This document shows positions 32,491-42,841 of a stretch of 64,000 bases of DNA, one piece after another (the first letter of the stretch is position 1; every line of letters begins with the position of its first letter). Location: positions 9,583-73,582 of the forward strand of contig JAJYZG010000001.1 of NCBI GenBank assembly GCA_021800155.1. The letters are read 5' to 3'. The stretch comes from a bacterium. GTDB taxonomy: Bacteria; Patescibacteriota; Saccharimonadia; Saccharimonadales; UBA4665. The position numbers and the translations under genes are program-made. The notes below the pieces were generated by a model. That model saw nothing but the letters and a program-made list of their open reading frames with translations, was not told the origin of the DNA and did not search any database.

Positions 32491-33352
32491 CATAATTTAT
32501 AAAAAATCAGGCACCGAACGGCTAGATAGATTCCTTAGTTCGAATTATTCCGCGTTTAGCCGGAGCGAAATTGCAAAATTTATAAGCTTGAATCAGATTA
32601 AGGTCAATAATAAGATTGGCAAACGCGCATCTAAATTAAGTTATGGTGATGTAATCAGCTATCCAGATAAACTCTTTGCAATTACCGCACCAGTTAATAT
32701 AGATATACCCATACTATACGAAGATGACTTCTGCTTAGTACTAGAAAAACCGAATGGGGTACTAACTCATGCCAAAGGATCGCTTAACTTAGAGCCAAGT
32801 GTCGCTAGTTTTATTCAGTCAAGAATTGATTCTGGTATATCCGGTAATCGAGCCGGTATTGTCCATCGTTTAGATCGCAATACATCCGGAATCATACTTG
32901 TTGCCAAATCAGCCAGAGCGCAGCAGTACTTGCAGCGCCAATTTGCTAAACGGCAAGTCAGAAAAGTCTATTATGCAATTGTTGCGGGAAACTTAGACAA
33001 ATCGGAGGCTGAAATCAATATGCCGATTGAGCGAAACCCCAAGCACCTTGCCACTTTCCGAGTCGGCCCAAACGGTAAGGCTGCGCTTACTTACTACAAA
33101 GTCATTGCATCTACTAAGTCTTTTAGCTTGTTGGAGATGAGACCAGAAACCGGTAGAACCCATCAACTTCGGGTGCATCTTAAAGCTATAGGTCATCCGA
33201 TCGTCGGTGACACAATTTATGGCGGCATTCCGGCGGCACGACTAATGCTTCATGCCTACAAGCTGTCATTTATACTTCCAGACATCGGCCGAAAAGAATA
33301 TATTGCACCTTTACCAAAAGAGTTTGATGAATTTGTAAAGTATAAAATATAA
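32477..33352 (+). CDS. RluA/RluD-family pseudouridine synthase with S4 domain
   Basis: RLDRFL (S4), VHRLDRNTSG, TGRTHQLRVHL, PIVGD. Confidence 0.95.
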   Translation: MPEISIIYKKSGTERLDRFLSSNYSAFSRSEIAKFISLNQIKVNNKIGKRASKLSYGDVISYPDKLFAITAPVNIDIPILYEDDFCLVLEKPNGVLTHAKGSLNLEPSVASFIQSRIDSGISGNRAGIVHRLDRNTSGIILVAKSARAQQYLQRQFAKRQVRKVYYAIVAGNLDKSEAEINMPIERNPKHLATFRVGPNGKAALTYYKVIASTKSFSLLEMRPETGRTHQLRVHLKAIGHPIVGDTIYGGIPAARLMLHAYKLSFILPDIGRKEYIAPLPKEFDEFVKYKI

Positions 33353-33355
33353 CTC

Positions 33356-34222
33356 ATGGACGATCTGCTGCTCAGCCATACAACCGAACAAACTGTCAAT
33401 TCTTTTATTTTTAATCCCGGCAGCGGATTGTTACTGATTGGTTCAGCCGGATCCGGTAAAACTACGATTTTACGCTACATAGCTGCAAGGTTGCTTGATT
33501 TAGATGAATCACAAATTAATTCATACCCGTATATCATGCAGCTAATGCCTAATGAAAAAAACTCTCTTGGCATTGATCAAATCCGAGCAATTAATCGTTT
33601 CATTTCACTGGCAATTCCACGTAATGACGTACAACAGATTAAGCGTCTAATTCTAATTGATGATGCAGACAAACTTACGCTTGAAGCACAAAACGCAGTA
33701 TTAAAAAACCTAGAAGAGCCACCTTATAATACGGTATTTTTACTCAGTTGCACTAATCCTAACGCATTATTAGCTACACTAAGGTCAAGGGTAACGCAGA
33801 TAAGGATAGCAAACCCTAACCGAGATGCTTTGATGAGCCACTTAGAGCGCCTAAGCCCAAATAAGCAGGCTATAGAGCGTGCTGTTGGAATAAGCGGCGG
33901 ATCGATCGGAAAAACCATTGGTATCATTGAGCAGGACGAAACTCATACTCTAGCAATTGCCGCTAAAGTTGCAAAGAATGTTCTTTCGGCCAGCTTGTAC
34001 GAGCGATTGCTTATGGTTAACGATTTAGCTAAGGATCCCAAACTTGTGAACGACTTGGTTACAATTCTTCAACAAATGGCCGATATTAGTTTAGAAAAGG
34101 CAGTCGGTGCGCAAGCTACGCGCTGGAAAAGTATTCTCAATGTCGCTTATAAAACCCGTCAGTACCTCGAGCATAGGACGAACATGCGCTTAACACTTAC
34201 GTATTTGATGCTTAATTTGTAA
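33356..34222 (+). CDS. holB: DNA polymerase III delta' subunit-like clamp loader
   Basis: GSAGSGKT, IDQIR, AQNAVLKNLEEPP, TLRSR. Confidence 0.85.
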   Translation: MDDLLLSHTTEQTVNSFIFNPGSGLLLIGSAGSGKTTILRYIAARLLDLDESQINSYPYIMQLMPNEKNSLGIDQIRAINRFISLAIPRNDVQQIKRLILIDDADKLTLEAQNAVLKNLEEPPYNTVFLLSCTNPNALLATLRSRVTQIRIANPNRDALMSHLERLSPNKQAIERAVGISGGSIGKTIGIIEQDETHTLAIAAKVAKNVLSASLYERLLMVNDLAKDPKLVNDLVTILQQMADISLEKAVGAQATRWKSILNVAYKTRQYLEHRTNMRLTLTYLMLNL

Positions 34223-34246
34223 GGTCTATAATGAAGTCTACTAATA

Positions 34247-34900
34247 ATGACAGAACTATTAATAATAATCGCTTTTGCGGCTTTAGCATTTTATAACTTA
34301 AATGTGCACGGCGACGAGTTTGCAAACGCATCGCGTAAGATCAGCGACAGAGTCGGCAAGCTATGGGACATAGCCCATAACAGTATGCGAGAAAATCGAC
34401 TGTTACGAGCAGAGAAGGCATTACTGACAATTTTAAAGATTGATGAACGCAATGCCGCTGCATACAATCGGTTGGGAATACTTTACGCCAAACAAAAAGA
34501 ATTCCGTGATGCGATCGATTGTTTTGAAATTGCCAGCAGCATCGAAGCAACACCGTCATCACTTCATAATCTGGGCCTAATATATTATGAAACTGAAAAT
34601 TACGATAAAGCTGCCGTTGCGTTTGAGCAAGCACTTAAGTTAGAAGAGAAATTAGCCGCTAGACATATAGCCTACGCAAAGGTTCAGGAAAAACTCGGTA
34701 ACTTAAAATTAATGACGCATGAGCTTGAACGTGCAGCAGAACTTGAACCAAATAAAGAGAGTTATACTTTGCTTCTTAAGGCCTACTCAAGCCAAGGCAT
34801 GACAGAAGAAGTCGACATGATTACAGCAAAGTTAAAGAGAATGAGCAAATTACCTCATAGGCCAAAACGTATAATGCGCCCCAGGCATATCGTTGCCTAA
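34247..34900 (+). CDS. Membrane-anchored TPR protein
   Basis: N-terminal hydrophobic segment; TPR repeats AYNRLGILY, LHNLGLIYY. Confidence 0.85.
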   Translation: MTELLIIIAFAALAFYNLNVHGDEFANASRKISDRVGKLWDIAHNSMRENRLLRAEKALLTILKIDERNAAAYNRLGILYAKQKEFRDAIDCFEIASSIEATPSSLHNLGLIYYETENYDKAAVAFEQALKLEEKLAARHIAYAKVQEKLGNLKLMTHELERAAELEPNKESYTLLLKAYSSQGMTEEVDMITAKLKRMSKLPHRPKRIMRPRHIVA

Positions 34901-34937
34901 TTACGACATACAGTAATTACAAAAGGTGCAATTCAAT

Positions 34938-35023
34938 TGGTGCAGGGAGAGGGATTCGAACCCCCGAAGGCGAATGCCAGTTGTTTTACAGACAACCGTG
35001 TTTGACCGCTTCACTATCCCTGC
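34938..35023 (-). tRNA. tRNA-Tyr(GUA)
   Basis: Cloverleaf on minus strand: GCAGGGA/TCCCTGC acceptor, GTTGT-CT-GTA-AA-ACAAC, long variable arm, encoded CCA. Confidence 0.95.
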
Positions 35024-35029
35024 TGATTT

Positions 35030-35105
35030 TGGAGCCACGACCGGGGCTCGAACCCGGGACCTCATCCTTACCATGGATGCGCTCTACCAACTGAGCTATC
35101 GCGGC
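35030..35105 (-). tRNA. tRNA-Thr(GGU)
   Basis: GCCGCGATAGCTCAGTTGG...CATCC-AT-GGT-AA-GGATG...GGTTCGAG...TCCA. Confidence 0.95.
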
Positions 35106-35169
35106 TTATTTGACCGCCTAAATATAGCAAATTATATCTGTTTTTGCTACACTCTGTAGCTGAAGATAG

Positions 35170-35246
35170 GCCGCCTTAGCTCAGCTGGTCAGAGCGTCAG
35201 TTTTGTAAACTGAAAGTCGTCGGTTCAAATCCGACAGGCGGCTCCA
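35170..35246 (+). tRNA. tRNA-Thr(UGU)
   Basis: GCCGCCTTAGCTCAG...TCAGT-TT-TGT-AA-ACTGA...GGTTCAAATCC...TCCA. Confidence 0.95.
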
Positions 35247-35286
35247 TTTACATAATACACATTAATCTGTTAGGATATAAATCTAG

Positions 35287-35490
35287 ATGGCAAAGAAAGG
35301 TGACAAACGCAAAGTTATTGGGCTGCTAAGTGAGGAAAGTGGAGAACGAATTTACTATACCACCAAAAATACGGTGAATACTCCCGACAAGTTAACACTA
35401 CGCAAGTACAGTCCTAAATTACGGCGACACGTAATCTTTACCGAGACGAATAAAAATCTGGGACGAAACGAAGCGCCAAAACGGCATTAA
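35287..35490 (+). CDS. rpmG: 50S ribosomal protein L33, Cys-free, C-terminally extended
   Basis: [25 protein letters not shown]. Confidence 0.93.
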   Translation: MAKKGDKRKVIGLLSEESGERIYYTTKNTVNTPDKLTLRKYSPKLRRHVIFTETNKNLGRNEAPKRH

Positions 35491-37421
35491 GAGTCGTAAT
35501 AATCAAGCAGAGTGTTGATGATTTCTGCATGACTCCATACCAAGGGAGCGACACCCTGCGGAGTGCCTTTTTCGGGATCGAATTGCTCGCTAAATATGCC
35601 ACTAGACAATTGGCGCGTGAGAGACCATTCTATATACTTTAAAGCCTCTTCCTTTTGTTTAACGGCTAAAAGGTACTGAGCGTACCAAAGAGTACAAACT
35701 ATCCATGGGTTTCCTAAGAATATTTTATTATTTAAGAAATAATCATCATGTTCGTAACGAACTACGCCACCAACGGGTACAGCATCGACCAACTTATTCT
35801 TAACTACCTCGGCCGTTTTAATAATCATTTCATCATCTAACGCTAATCCGCTAAACATATACGGACCATATAACGATGATATATCAACTACGTTGTCATA
35901 CGTGATAGTCCCTTCGTTGTCATATAAAAAACCTTTGCGGAAATAACTATCCGGGTGAAACAGCTTATTCAAGTGACTGCGCATATCATTCGCAGCATCC
36001 TGCCAAAGTCTGGCGTCCTCAACGTGCTCTGTCATCTTCGCAAATTTAACAGCATTATCCAAACCGGCGATGACCGTACTGACAGTATAGGTAGTCGTTA
36101 AGAACTTTTGTTCCCATAAATCGTAACTAGCATGAGGCAAACCGGTCTGACGATCAATATAATGGCATATAAAGTGTGCACACGGCGCAATAAAGCTGTC
36201 ATAAAAAGACTGAATAAAAGCTTCGTCTTGGCTTTCGCTGTAATATACACCCAGCATGAAAATAATCGACGCTGTTTCATCTTCCTGTATAGCAAGTTCT
36301 TTCGAACGATTATGGATTAATGGGTGCCACGTACTGCCAATGGCCCTGTCCGGCTGGTACTTATGCATCATATATCCCTCTCGGTTTAGGGTGTCTTTTG
36401 CGAAAATGAAGAAATTCTTTGCTTCATCATACAACCCTAATCGAATCAAAGGCCAAATGGCATAACACGCATCGCGCGGCCAACAGTAGCAGTAATAATC
36501 CCGCCAATAGTTGAAAATTGATGAATCGCCGCTCGCTAGAATTGATCCTCGCTCGTCACAATGTGCTTTAATGACCAGCAGGCTTTTAGTAATTGCTTTG
36601 TAATGTTCTTGCGAACTAACCTTATGTAATCGTTCAAGCGCCGGGGTAATCCACTCGTGCCATTTAATCCTGACGGCTTCTTGTCTTTCGCCTATATCAT
36701 AATGCTTTAGGTATGTATGTACCTTTTGAGCTTCGTATTGGCTATCCGCTGCGGCAACCCAATAATCAACATCATAACTGCTGCCGGCGCGGATTCTTCT
36801 GGCAAACCGAATGATGCTATCGACACCTCCGTGCTCTACAGGATTATTAGACAGCTCTCCGTCCTCAGCATCTTTAAACGTACCTTCACGACCCTCAACA
36901 TTAAAGCTACCGACTGCATATTGATCATAATCACCGCCATCAACAAACTTACCTGCGATCAGCAAGCAGCAACGCCCCTTATAGTCCAGTATATAGTGGT
37001 CATCCGGTACATAAAGTGCGGTATCAGCACGACCCCGTCTTGATATTTCAAATACTTGATGCATGAACAGGCGCACTTCGTGGTCCAGTTCATCCTGGTT
37101 AGTTACTCTAATGCGGCGAATCAAGGCGTCATACTCTTTATCTACAAAATCAGACATTTCAAGCGTAACTTTTAGTTTATGCGAACTGATTTTAACCTTG
37201 CTAATTAAAGCGCGCTCCTCAAAATCTAAACTAATATCCCAGCTGCCGTCATCAATCCAGGAAAAAGTACCATCGACCCACACGCCAATTTTATGCGGCA
37301 CACTACGCGCATTGGTTAAATTGTCTAGTCCGACGTATGGATAATAAAAATCATGTACCAAACCATTATCATCTAGCCCGACAAATAATCTACCGTTGCT
37401 CAATACTACTGGACGCGACAT
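35487..37421 (-). CDS. Glycoside hydrolase family 15 (glucoamylase-like)
   Basis: [32 protein letters not shown]. Confidence 0.92.
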   Translation of the reverse strand: MSRPVVLSNGRLFVGLDDNGLVHDFYYPYVGLDNLTNARSVPHKIGVWVDGTFSWIDDGSWDISLDFEERALISKVKISSHKLKVTLEMSDFVDKEYDALIRRIRVTNQDELDHEVRLFMHQVFEISRRGRADTALYVPDDHYILDYKGRCCLLIAGKFVDGGDYDQYAVGSFNVEGREGTFKDAEDGELSNNPVEHGGVDSIIRFARRIRAGSSYDVDYWVAAADSQYEAQKVHTYLKHYDIGERQEAVRIKWHEWITPALERLHKVSSQEHYKAITKSLLVIKAHCDERGSILASGDSSIFNYWRDYYCYCWPRDACYAIWPLIRLGLYDEAKNFFIFAKDTLNREGYMMHKYQPDRAIGSTWHPLIHNRSKELAIQEDETASIIFMLGVYYSESQDEAFIQSFYDSFIAPCAHFICHYIDRQTGLPHASYDLWEQKFLTTTYTVSTVIAGLDNAVKFAKMTEHVEDARLWQDAANDMRSHLNKLFHPDSYFRKGFLYDNEGTITYDNVVDISSLYGPYMFSGLALDDEMIIKTAEVVKNKLVDAVPVGGVVRYEHDDYFLNNKIFLGNPWIVCTLWYAQYLLAVKQKEEALKYIEWSLTRQLSSGIFSEQFDPEKGTPQGVAPLVWSHAEIINTLLDYYDS

Positions 37422-37441
37422 TTACCCACCCTTTCACCACA

Positions 37442-38647
37442 TTAGACCAACACGCCCTTATCCATCAGCCTGGATTTTAAATCGTGAAAGGCATTCATGA
37501 AGTTAAGATAAGCTTCATACGGTGAGTCGTACGGACTGAAGTAGGCATGAATATCTCCGTCGTTAAACCATTTAATGCACATATAGTAAAAGTGGTCACT
37601 AGTTTGTAGCTTTCTCCAGTCTTCAATAAGCGACCAATCATTAAGAGTTAGCAGTGGCATTTCCAGATTATATAAAGCTTCGGCCGCCTGTTGCTGCATT
37701 GAATTACCCAACCAGGCACTCAAATCACGCTCAGTATCGGCCCAGGTAACTGTCCCGGGGCTGTCAACCTCACCGACGCTTTTTATCTTGTCTACAGCTT
37801 CGGACACTGTCATAAAATGGTGCCCGCTCGTTTTCAACCATTCTTTCGGTAGAAATTTAAGAAAATCAAAAATACCCGATTCGCGCCACTGATGTTCTCC
37901 GAAGGTCTCATAATCCATGAATAAATTAAAGTTAGTCGAACTTTGATCCTGATTTAACCAATGAACAAACTTGCTCGCAGTTAAAGGCCACTCTTCCCAA
38001 CTACTGTTGCCGAAGCGAAAAGCTATATCATCACTTAATTGATAATTTTTGAGCAAAAGCTTAATTCCTGGAGCGCCAATAGGGGTATAAACATAATTAG
38101 GACTTCTCCAACCTAGCATCTGATGCCAGCCTTCAGCTAAGACCGCTTTAAACCCGGCTCCTTGCGCCCAGGCAGCTAAATCATTGTTGTATGCCAATTC
38201 TGTATTTCGAAATACACTAGGTTCTTGGTTAAATAATCTCTTTATTATCTCGCGATGCATATTGACCTGTGTTTCAAATTCACTGCGTGAATAAAAGAAC
38301 GCTAACGAATGATGGTATGTTTCAGAAACTAATTCAACTCTGCCAGTACCCGTTAGGGCTTGAAATGAAGCCAAAACATCGGGTGCCCATTTTTCTAATT
38401 GTTCCAGCAGCAAGCCAGACATTGACAGGCTAAGCTTAAACTGGGGGTATTTCTGGAGCAATTTTAGCAAAACTTCGTTAGTAGGAAGATAGCTTTTTTC
38501 AGCAACTTTCATAAGTATTTTATGGTTATTTTCATTGGATTCCCAATCTGCATCAAAATAGTCGTGGTTAACACCGGCGTCGAATATTGTATAGTGTCGT
38601 AGACGATATGGCTGATGCACGTGTAAATACAACAAAATCGACTTCAT
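37442..38647 (-). CDS. Glycoside hydrolase family 57 (alpha-amylase-like)
   Basis: HVHQP, ETYHHSL, FRNTEL, FMDYETFGEHQ, LQTSDHFYYM. Confidence 0.93.
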   Translation of the reverse strand: MKSILLYLHVHQPYRLRHYTIFDAGVNHDYFDADWESNENNHKILMKVAEKSYLPTNEVLLKLLQKYPQFKLSLSMSGLLLEQLEKWAPDVLASFQALTGTGRVELVSETYHHSLAFFYSRSEFETQVNMHREIIKRLFNQEPSVFRNTELAYNNDLAAWAQGAGFKAVLAEGWHQMLGWRSPNYVYTPIGAPGIKLLLKNYQLSDDIAFRFGNSSWEEWPLTASKFVHWLNQDQSSTNFNLFMDYETFGEHQWRESGIFDFLKFLPKEWLKTSGHHFMTVSEAVDKIKSVGEVDSPGTVTWADTERDLSAWLGNSMQQQAAEALYNLEMPLLTLNDWSLIEDWRKLQTSDHFYYMCIKWFNDGDIHAYFSPYDSPYEAYLNFMNAFHDLKSRLMDKGVLV

Positions 38648-39849
38648 GCATAAACTCCTTTCAACTGCCGTTCGTACAACTGTTTAACCTGACTCGTTGG
38701 TTTTTCCCAGCTTAGATGAGGTAATTCAGATTCCAATGCCGCGCTCATCGTGCGTCGCATCGCATCACTATTCAACATACCGACGATCTTATTCGCCATC
38801 TCGTTAACATCCCAAAAATCTACTTTTAGGCAGTTGGCTAACACTTCCGCTACGCCGGATTGCTTGGAAATGATCGATGGAACTCCGTAAAAACCCGCTT
38901 CCAACGGAGTTAGCCCAAACGGTTCAGAAACCGACGGCATAACAAACAAGTCAGATACTGCAAATGAGTCCCGCCATGGTTTTCCTCTCTGAAATCCCGC
39001 AAACACCACGTTCTCACCAATCCCCAAATCGGCAGAAAGCCTGATCAGCTCAAAGTACTGCTCGCCGCTGCCAACAACCAGAAAGATTGTTCTGGGCATA
39101 CGCTCAACCACCATTTTGGCTGCATGTAGTAAGTTAGTTAATCCCTTTTGCAGGGTCAGACGCCCGACATTAGACACGACCTTATAACCATTACGCTTTA
39201 ATTGAGTCAAATAACGATAAGTATTATCCGTACTGATTGGTGCCAGCATATTACGGTCAATACTATTATAGACAACCTCTATCTTATCAGGGTTAATTCC
39301 ATAATCGCGTACGATTGCTCGCTTCGTTAGCTCACTAACAGCTATTACGCTGTCGGCAGCCAGTACAGCTAACTCTTCAATTTCACGTACCAGTGGATTA
39401 CCCAGCTGTCCGGCTGCCCTATCGGACTCAACGCTGTGCAGATGTACAATTAACGGGCAACCGCGCTCAGCTTTAACCTTTAATGCTGCGCGAAACGTAA
39501 GCCAATCGTGAGCGTGAATAATGTCAAAGGACATGCTAGCCGCCATATCGCTAACCGCATGTTCATATAGTCTCGACTGTGTGTAGATGTCTTTGTAATC
39601 GCTATGGCCATCGACATAAACATACTTATAACTATCATATGCGATTCCCGAACTTAAAATTTCCAGAACGCCTTTAGGCCTGGCGGCCGTAACTTTCATA
39701 AACGATATATTGTGGTCGGCTTGGTATGGCAGAATGAATTCGATATCAACTTCGTTTTTAGCTAAAGCTTCGCAGAGCTGATAACAAGCCACTCCTAATC
39801 CACCGCTGTTATGCGGCGGCAACTCCCAGCCGAGCATTAGTACTTTCAT
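38644..39849 (-). CDS. GT4 glycosyltransferase (glycogen-synthase-like)
   Basis: GWELPPHNSGGLG, HAHDW, PSVSEPFGLTPLEA. Confidence 0.93.
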   Translation of the reverse strand: MKVLMLGWELPPHNSGGLGVACYQLCEALAKNEVDIEFILPYQADHNISFMKVTAARPKGVLEILSSGIAYDSYKYVYVDGHSDYKDIYTQSRLYEHAVSDMAASMSFDIIHAHDWLTFRAALKVKAERGCPLIVHLHSVESDRAAGQLGNPLVREIEELAVLAADSVIAVSELTKRAIVRDYGINPDKIEVVYNSIDRNMLAPISTDNTYRYLTQLKRNGYKVVSNVGRLTLQKGLTNLLHAAKMVVERMPRTIFLVVGSGEQYFELIRLSADLGIGENVVFAGFQRGKPWRDSFAVSDLFVMPSVSEPFGLTPLEAGFYGVPSIISKQSGVAEVLANCLKVDFWDVNEMANKIVGMLNSDAMRRTMSAALESELPHLSWEKPTSQVKQLYERQLKGVYA

Positions 39850-40034
39850 TAAGCTTATATAGTTTTAAATAATTAGTTTATATTTTGTTTTAGTTTTAAA
39901 GCCTCAAAAACAGTATAGGAGAAATTAAGCGTAAGCACAACCTTTTTTATCCTGGAACCGTGTAATCACATTAAACTCATAAACGCTGCTGTAGAAAATA
40001 GACGAATTAGGACAAATTGTTATGCCTACTAAGC

Positions 40035-40108
40035 TGGCAGGGGTGGTCGGATTCGAACCGACAGCACAGCTTTTGGAGAGCTGCCGCTTACCATTAACGG
40101 ACACCCCT
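40035..40108 (-). tRNA. tRNA-Trp(CCA)
   Basis: AGGGGTG/CACCCCT acceptor, CAGCT-CT-CCA-AA-AGCTG, GGTTCGAATCC, GCCA end. Confidence 0.93.
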
Positions 40109-40238
40109 AAACTCATCATTCACTTAACTATAATTCATTTTTATAGGTAAACTCAAATATTGCAAGGAGTTATAGGCCTGTTATATTATCTAATTTCCTC
40201 TTTCAAGATAAGTAAAATTCTGCTATACATATACAGTA

Positions 40239-40895
40239 ATGAATAAAATTGTCCCGATTAAACCACTGCTGATTATGCTCTACGGTTATCCGGGTTCGGG
40301 GAAGAGCTATGTGGCCAGACAGCTAACCGGTCACATCCAAGCTGTACATGTTCAAGGTGAGCGGATTAGGTATGAGTTATTTGAACAACCCCGTTATGAC
40401 AAGCAAGAAAATGCCGTCATAGCTCAACTCATGAACTATATGACCCAAGAGTTTTTGGCAGCTGGTATAAGTGTGATATATGACACAAACTCTTCAAGAG
40501 CAGCACAACGCCATATGCTTCGTGACTTAGCTAGGCGGCTAAAGACTCAACCACTAGTAATATGGCTGCAGATCGATGCCGAATCATCTTTCCTAAGAAC
40601 TCAACAACGTGACAGGCGAAAGGCCGACGATCGCTTCAGTGGAACTATTGACCGGACAACCTTTGATACTATCTTAAGTCATATGCAAAACCCAACAAAC
40701 GCTGAAGACTATGTCGTAATCAGCGGTAAGCATGTGTTCTCAACTCAGTTATCGGCAATTCTAAAAAAACTCAACGATCTCAATTTACTGCGCGTAGAAG
40801 ATGTTAATTCAGGCGTAGCAAAACCGGAACTGGTAAACTTAATTCCGAACTCTGGACGAGTCGATCTAAAGCGACGGAACATCGTAATTAGATAA
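40239..40895 (+). CDS. P-loop kinase (AAA_33-like)
   Basis: GYPGSGKS Walker A, SVIYDTN. Confidence 0.8.
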   Translation: MNKIVPIKPLLIMLYGYPGSGKSYVARQLTGHIQAVHVQGERIRYELFEQPRYDKQENAVIAQLMNYMTQEFLAAGISVIYDTNSSRAAQRHMLRDLARRLKTQPLVIWLQIDAESSFLRTQQRDRRKADDRFSGTIDRTTFDTILSHMQNPTNAEDYVVISGKHVFSTQLSAILKKLNDLNLLRVEDVNSGVAKPELVNLIPNSGRVDLKRRNIVIR

Positions 40896-40916
40896 ATCAA
40901 TCCTATTAGTTAAAAC

Positions 40917-41642
40917 ATGCCTTCGAAATCTTATGCTTTAGAACCTATGGGTTATGTAACCGTCACAAAACGTCGAGGTAATCGTCATCTGCGCTTGAGC
41001 ATAACGCAAAGTGGACAAATCAGGGTATCGATTCCAATGTGGGCATCTTATCAGGCAGGGCTAGATTTTGCCCGATCTAGTCAACGCTGGATTAACCATC
41101 GACTACCAGAGATGCAACTACTTCAAACCGGTCAAAGAATCGCACCAGGATTTACGTTACGTTTTGTCGCTCAGTCACAGCTAGATCGACTCCGCGCTAA
41201 AACTGAAAACAGTATGGTTACTATCATGCACCCGATTGACATTGACAGCACTCACACGAACGTCCAGTCATTTGCCAAAACAAAACTGACAAAAGTTCTA
41301 CGGCAAGAAGCTCAAAATCAACTTCCGAAACGTCTAGAGACGCTCGCCAAGCAACACAATATCAACTACCGTTTGTTAAAGATAAAGTTACTTAAACAGC
41401 GCTGGGGAAGCTGCGACCAAACCGGTTTGATCGTACTGAATCTTTGCCTAATTCAACTTCCCAGCGAACTGATTGACTACGTTATACTTCATGAATTAGC
41501 TCACACTAAACACCTCAACCATAGCCCAGAATTTTGGCAGGCACTGGAATCAATTTGCCCAAACGCTCACAAATTAAGACAAGAGCTGAGAAAGTACAGC
41601 CCGAATATATTTATTAATAGTATCGGCCTTATCTTCGGTTAG
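40917..41642 (+). CDS. YgjP/DUF45-like zinc metallohydrolase
   Basis: RWGSC, IDYVILHELAH, NHSPEFW. Confidence 0.9.
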   Translation: MPSKSYALEPMGYVTVTKRRGNRHLRLSITQSGQIRVSIPMWASYQAGLDFARSSQRWINHRLPEMQLLQTGQRIAPGFTLRFVAQSQLDRLRAKTENSMVTIMHPIDIDSTHTNVQSFAKTKLTKVLRQEAQNQLPKRLETLAKQHNINYRLLKIKLLKQRWGSCDQTGLIVLNLCLIQLPSELIDYVILHELAHTKHLNHSPEFWQALESICPNAHKLRQELRKYSPNIFINSIGLIFG

Positions 41643-41689
41643 GCTACAATTAGCGTTAACATTATAGTTTGGTCTGTTAATATAAAAAA

Positions 41690-42841
41690 ATGGAATTAAC
41701 TAACAATAACTCTTATGGTCCTGACAAGTTTGACTCTCTAGCTGCCAGTCGTCTTACTAGTTTGGTTAATTCAATGGCCGATGGCGTAATCGCAGTCGAC
41801 AAACACATTAAAGTCGTTCTTGTTAACGGAGCAGCCTTAAATATACTAGACCTAAATAATCTCAAAGAAGGAGATAATCTAGAGGATGTTTTTAGGCCAA
41901 TCGACAAGTATGAACACCCTGTAGATATCGTACACATGATCGAAAGCACGTCGATCCCAACCTCTAATCGAGATCTGCGTTTAATTTATTCAGATGGAAG
42001 CACCAGCAATATTTATCTAAGCATAGCCCCAGTACACCTTGGCTATGGTAGCTCCGGCCACGGAGGATATGTGCTTCTGCTGCGAGATATAACAACCGAG
42101 AAGTCACTTGAAGAGGAGCGCGACGAGTTTATTTCTGTTGTCTCACACGAACTTCGCACACCGATTACAATCGCCGAAGGGAATATATCCAATGCTGAAC
42201 TGCTGCTACACAAGAGCGATGACTTAAACTTGATCGAAAATGCCTTGAAAGACTCGCACAAACAAATCCTATATTTGTCTGACATGATTAATGATCTTGC
42301 AACCCTGAGTCGCGCAGAACGCGGAAAACTGACTCTGGATATCCGGTCGATCAACGTCGGCGAAATGATTAAAGATTTAGCCGAAAATTATAGTGCTGAA
42401 GCTAGAGTTAAAGGCCTAAGGCTCAATATTGAAGTTGATCCAAAACTTGAATTATTACGATCATCTGAATTATACGTTCGTGAAATTTTACAGAATTTCA
42501 TCACTAACTCGCTCAAATACACCACTAAAGGCGACATATTAATTAGAGTTGTTCAGAAATCAGACGGTGTTGAAATTTCTGTTTCAGATACAGGTATAGG
42601 CATCAGTAAGTCTGATCAAGAAAAAATTTTTCAAAAGTTCTTCCGCTCGGATGACACGCGTGCCAGACATACGACCGGCACTGGACTCGGCCTTTACGTT
42701 ACGATGAAGCTTGCAAAACTTACTAAAGCTACAATTAACTTTACGAGTGAGCTAAATAAAGGTTCTACCTTCAGTGTATATTTTCCGAACCTGAATGAAC
42801 AGATACCCCGTCCAGATGCTCAAATGCTGAATGACGCATGA
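41690..42841 (+). CDS. Cytoplasmic PAS-domain sensor histidine kinase
   Basis: SMADGVI (PAS), SHELRTP, NSLKYT, DTGIG, GTGLGL; no TM segment. Confidence 0.93.
   Translation: MELTNNNSYGPDKFDSLAASRLTSLVNSMADGVIAVDKHIKVVLVNGAALNILDLNNLKEGDNLEDVFRPIDKYEHPVDIVHMIESTSIPTSNRDLRLIYSDGSTSNIYLSIAPVHLGYGSSGHGGYVLLLRDITTEKSLEEERDEFISVVSHELRTPITIAEGNISNAELLLHKSDDLNLIENALKDSHKQILYLSDMINDLATLSRAERGKLTLDIRSINVGEMIKDLAENYSAEARVKGLRLNIEVDPKLELLRSSELYVREILQNFITNSLKYTTKGDILIRVVQKSDGVEISVSDTGIGISKSDQEKIFQKFFRSDDTRARHTTGTGLGLYVTMKLAKLTKATINFTSELNKGSTFSVYFPNLNEQIPRPDAQMLNDA

Noticed and set aside
34926..35159. 77-aa ORF here and the 64-aa ORF at 39925-40119
   Set aside because: Both overlap tRNA genes.
35487..40108. 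Integrative island at tRNA-Trp carrying the glucan cluster
   Set aside because: No integrase and no duplicated tRNA 3' end found.
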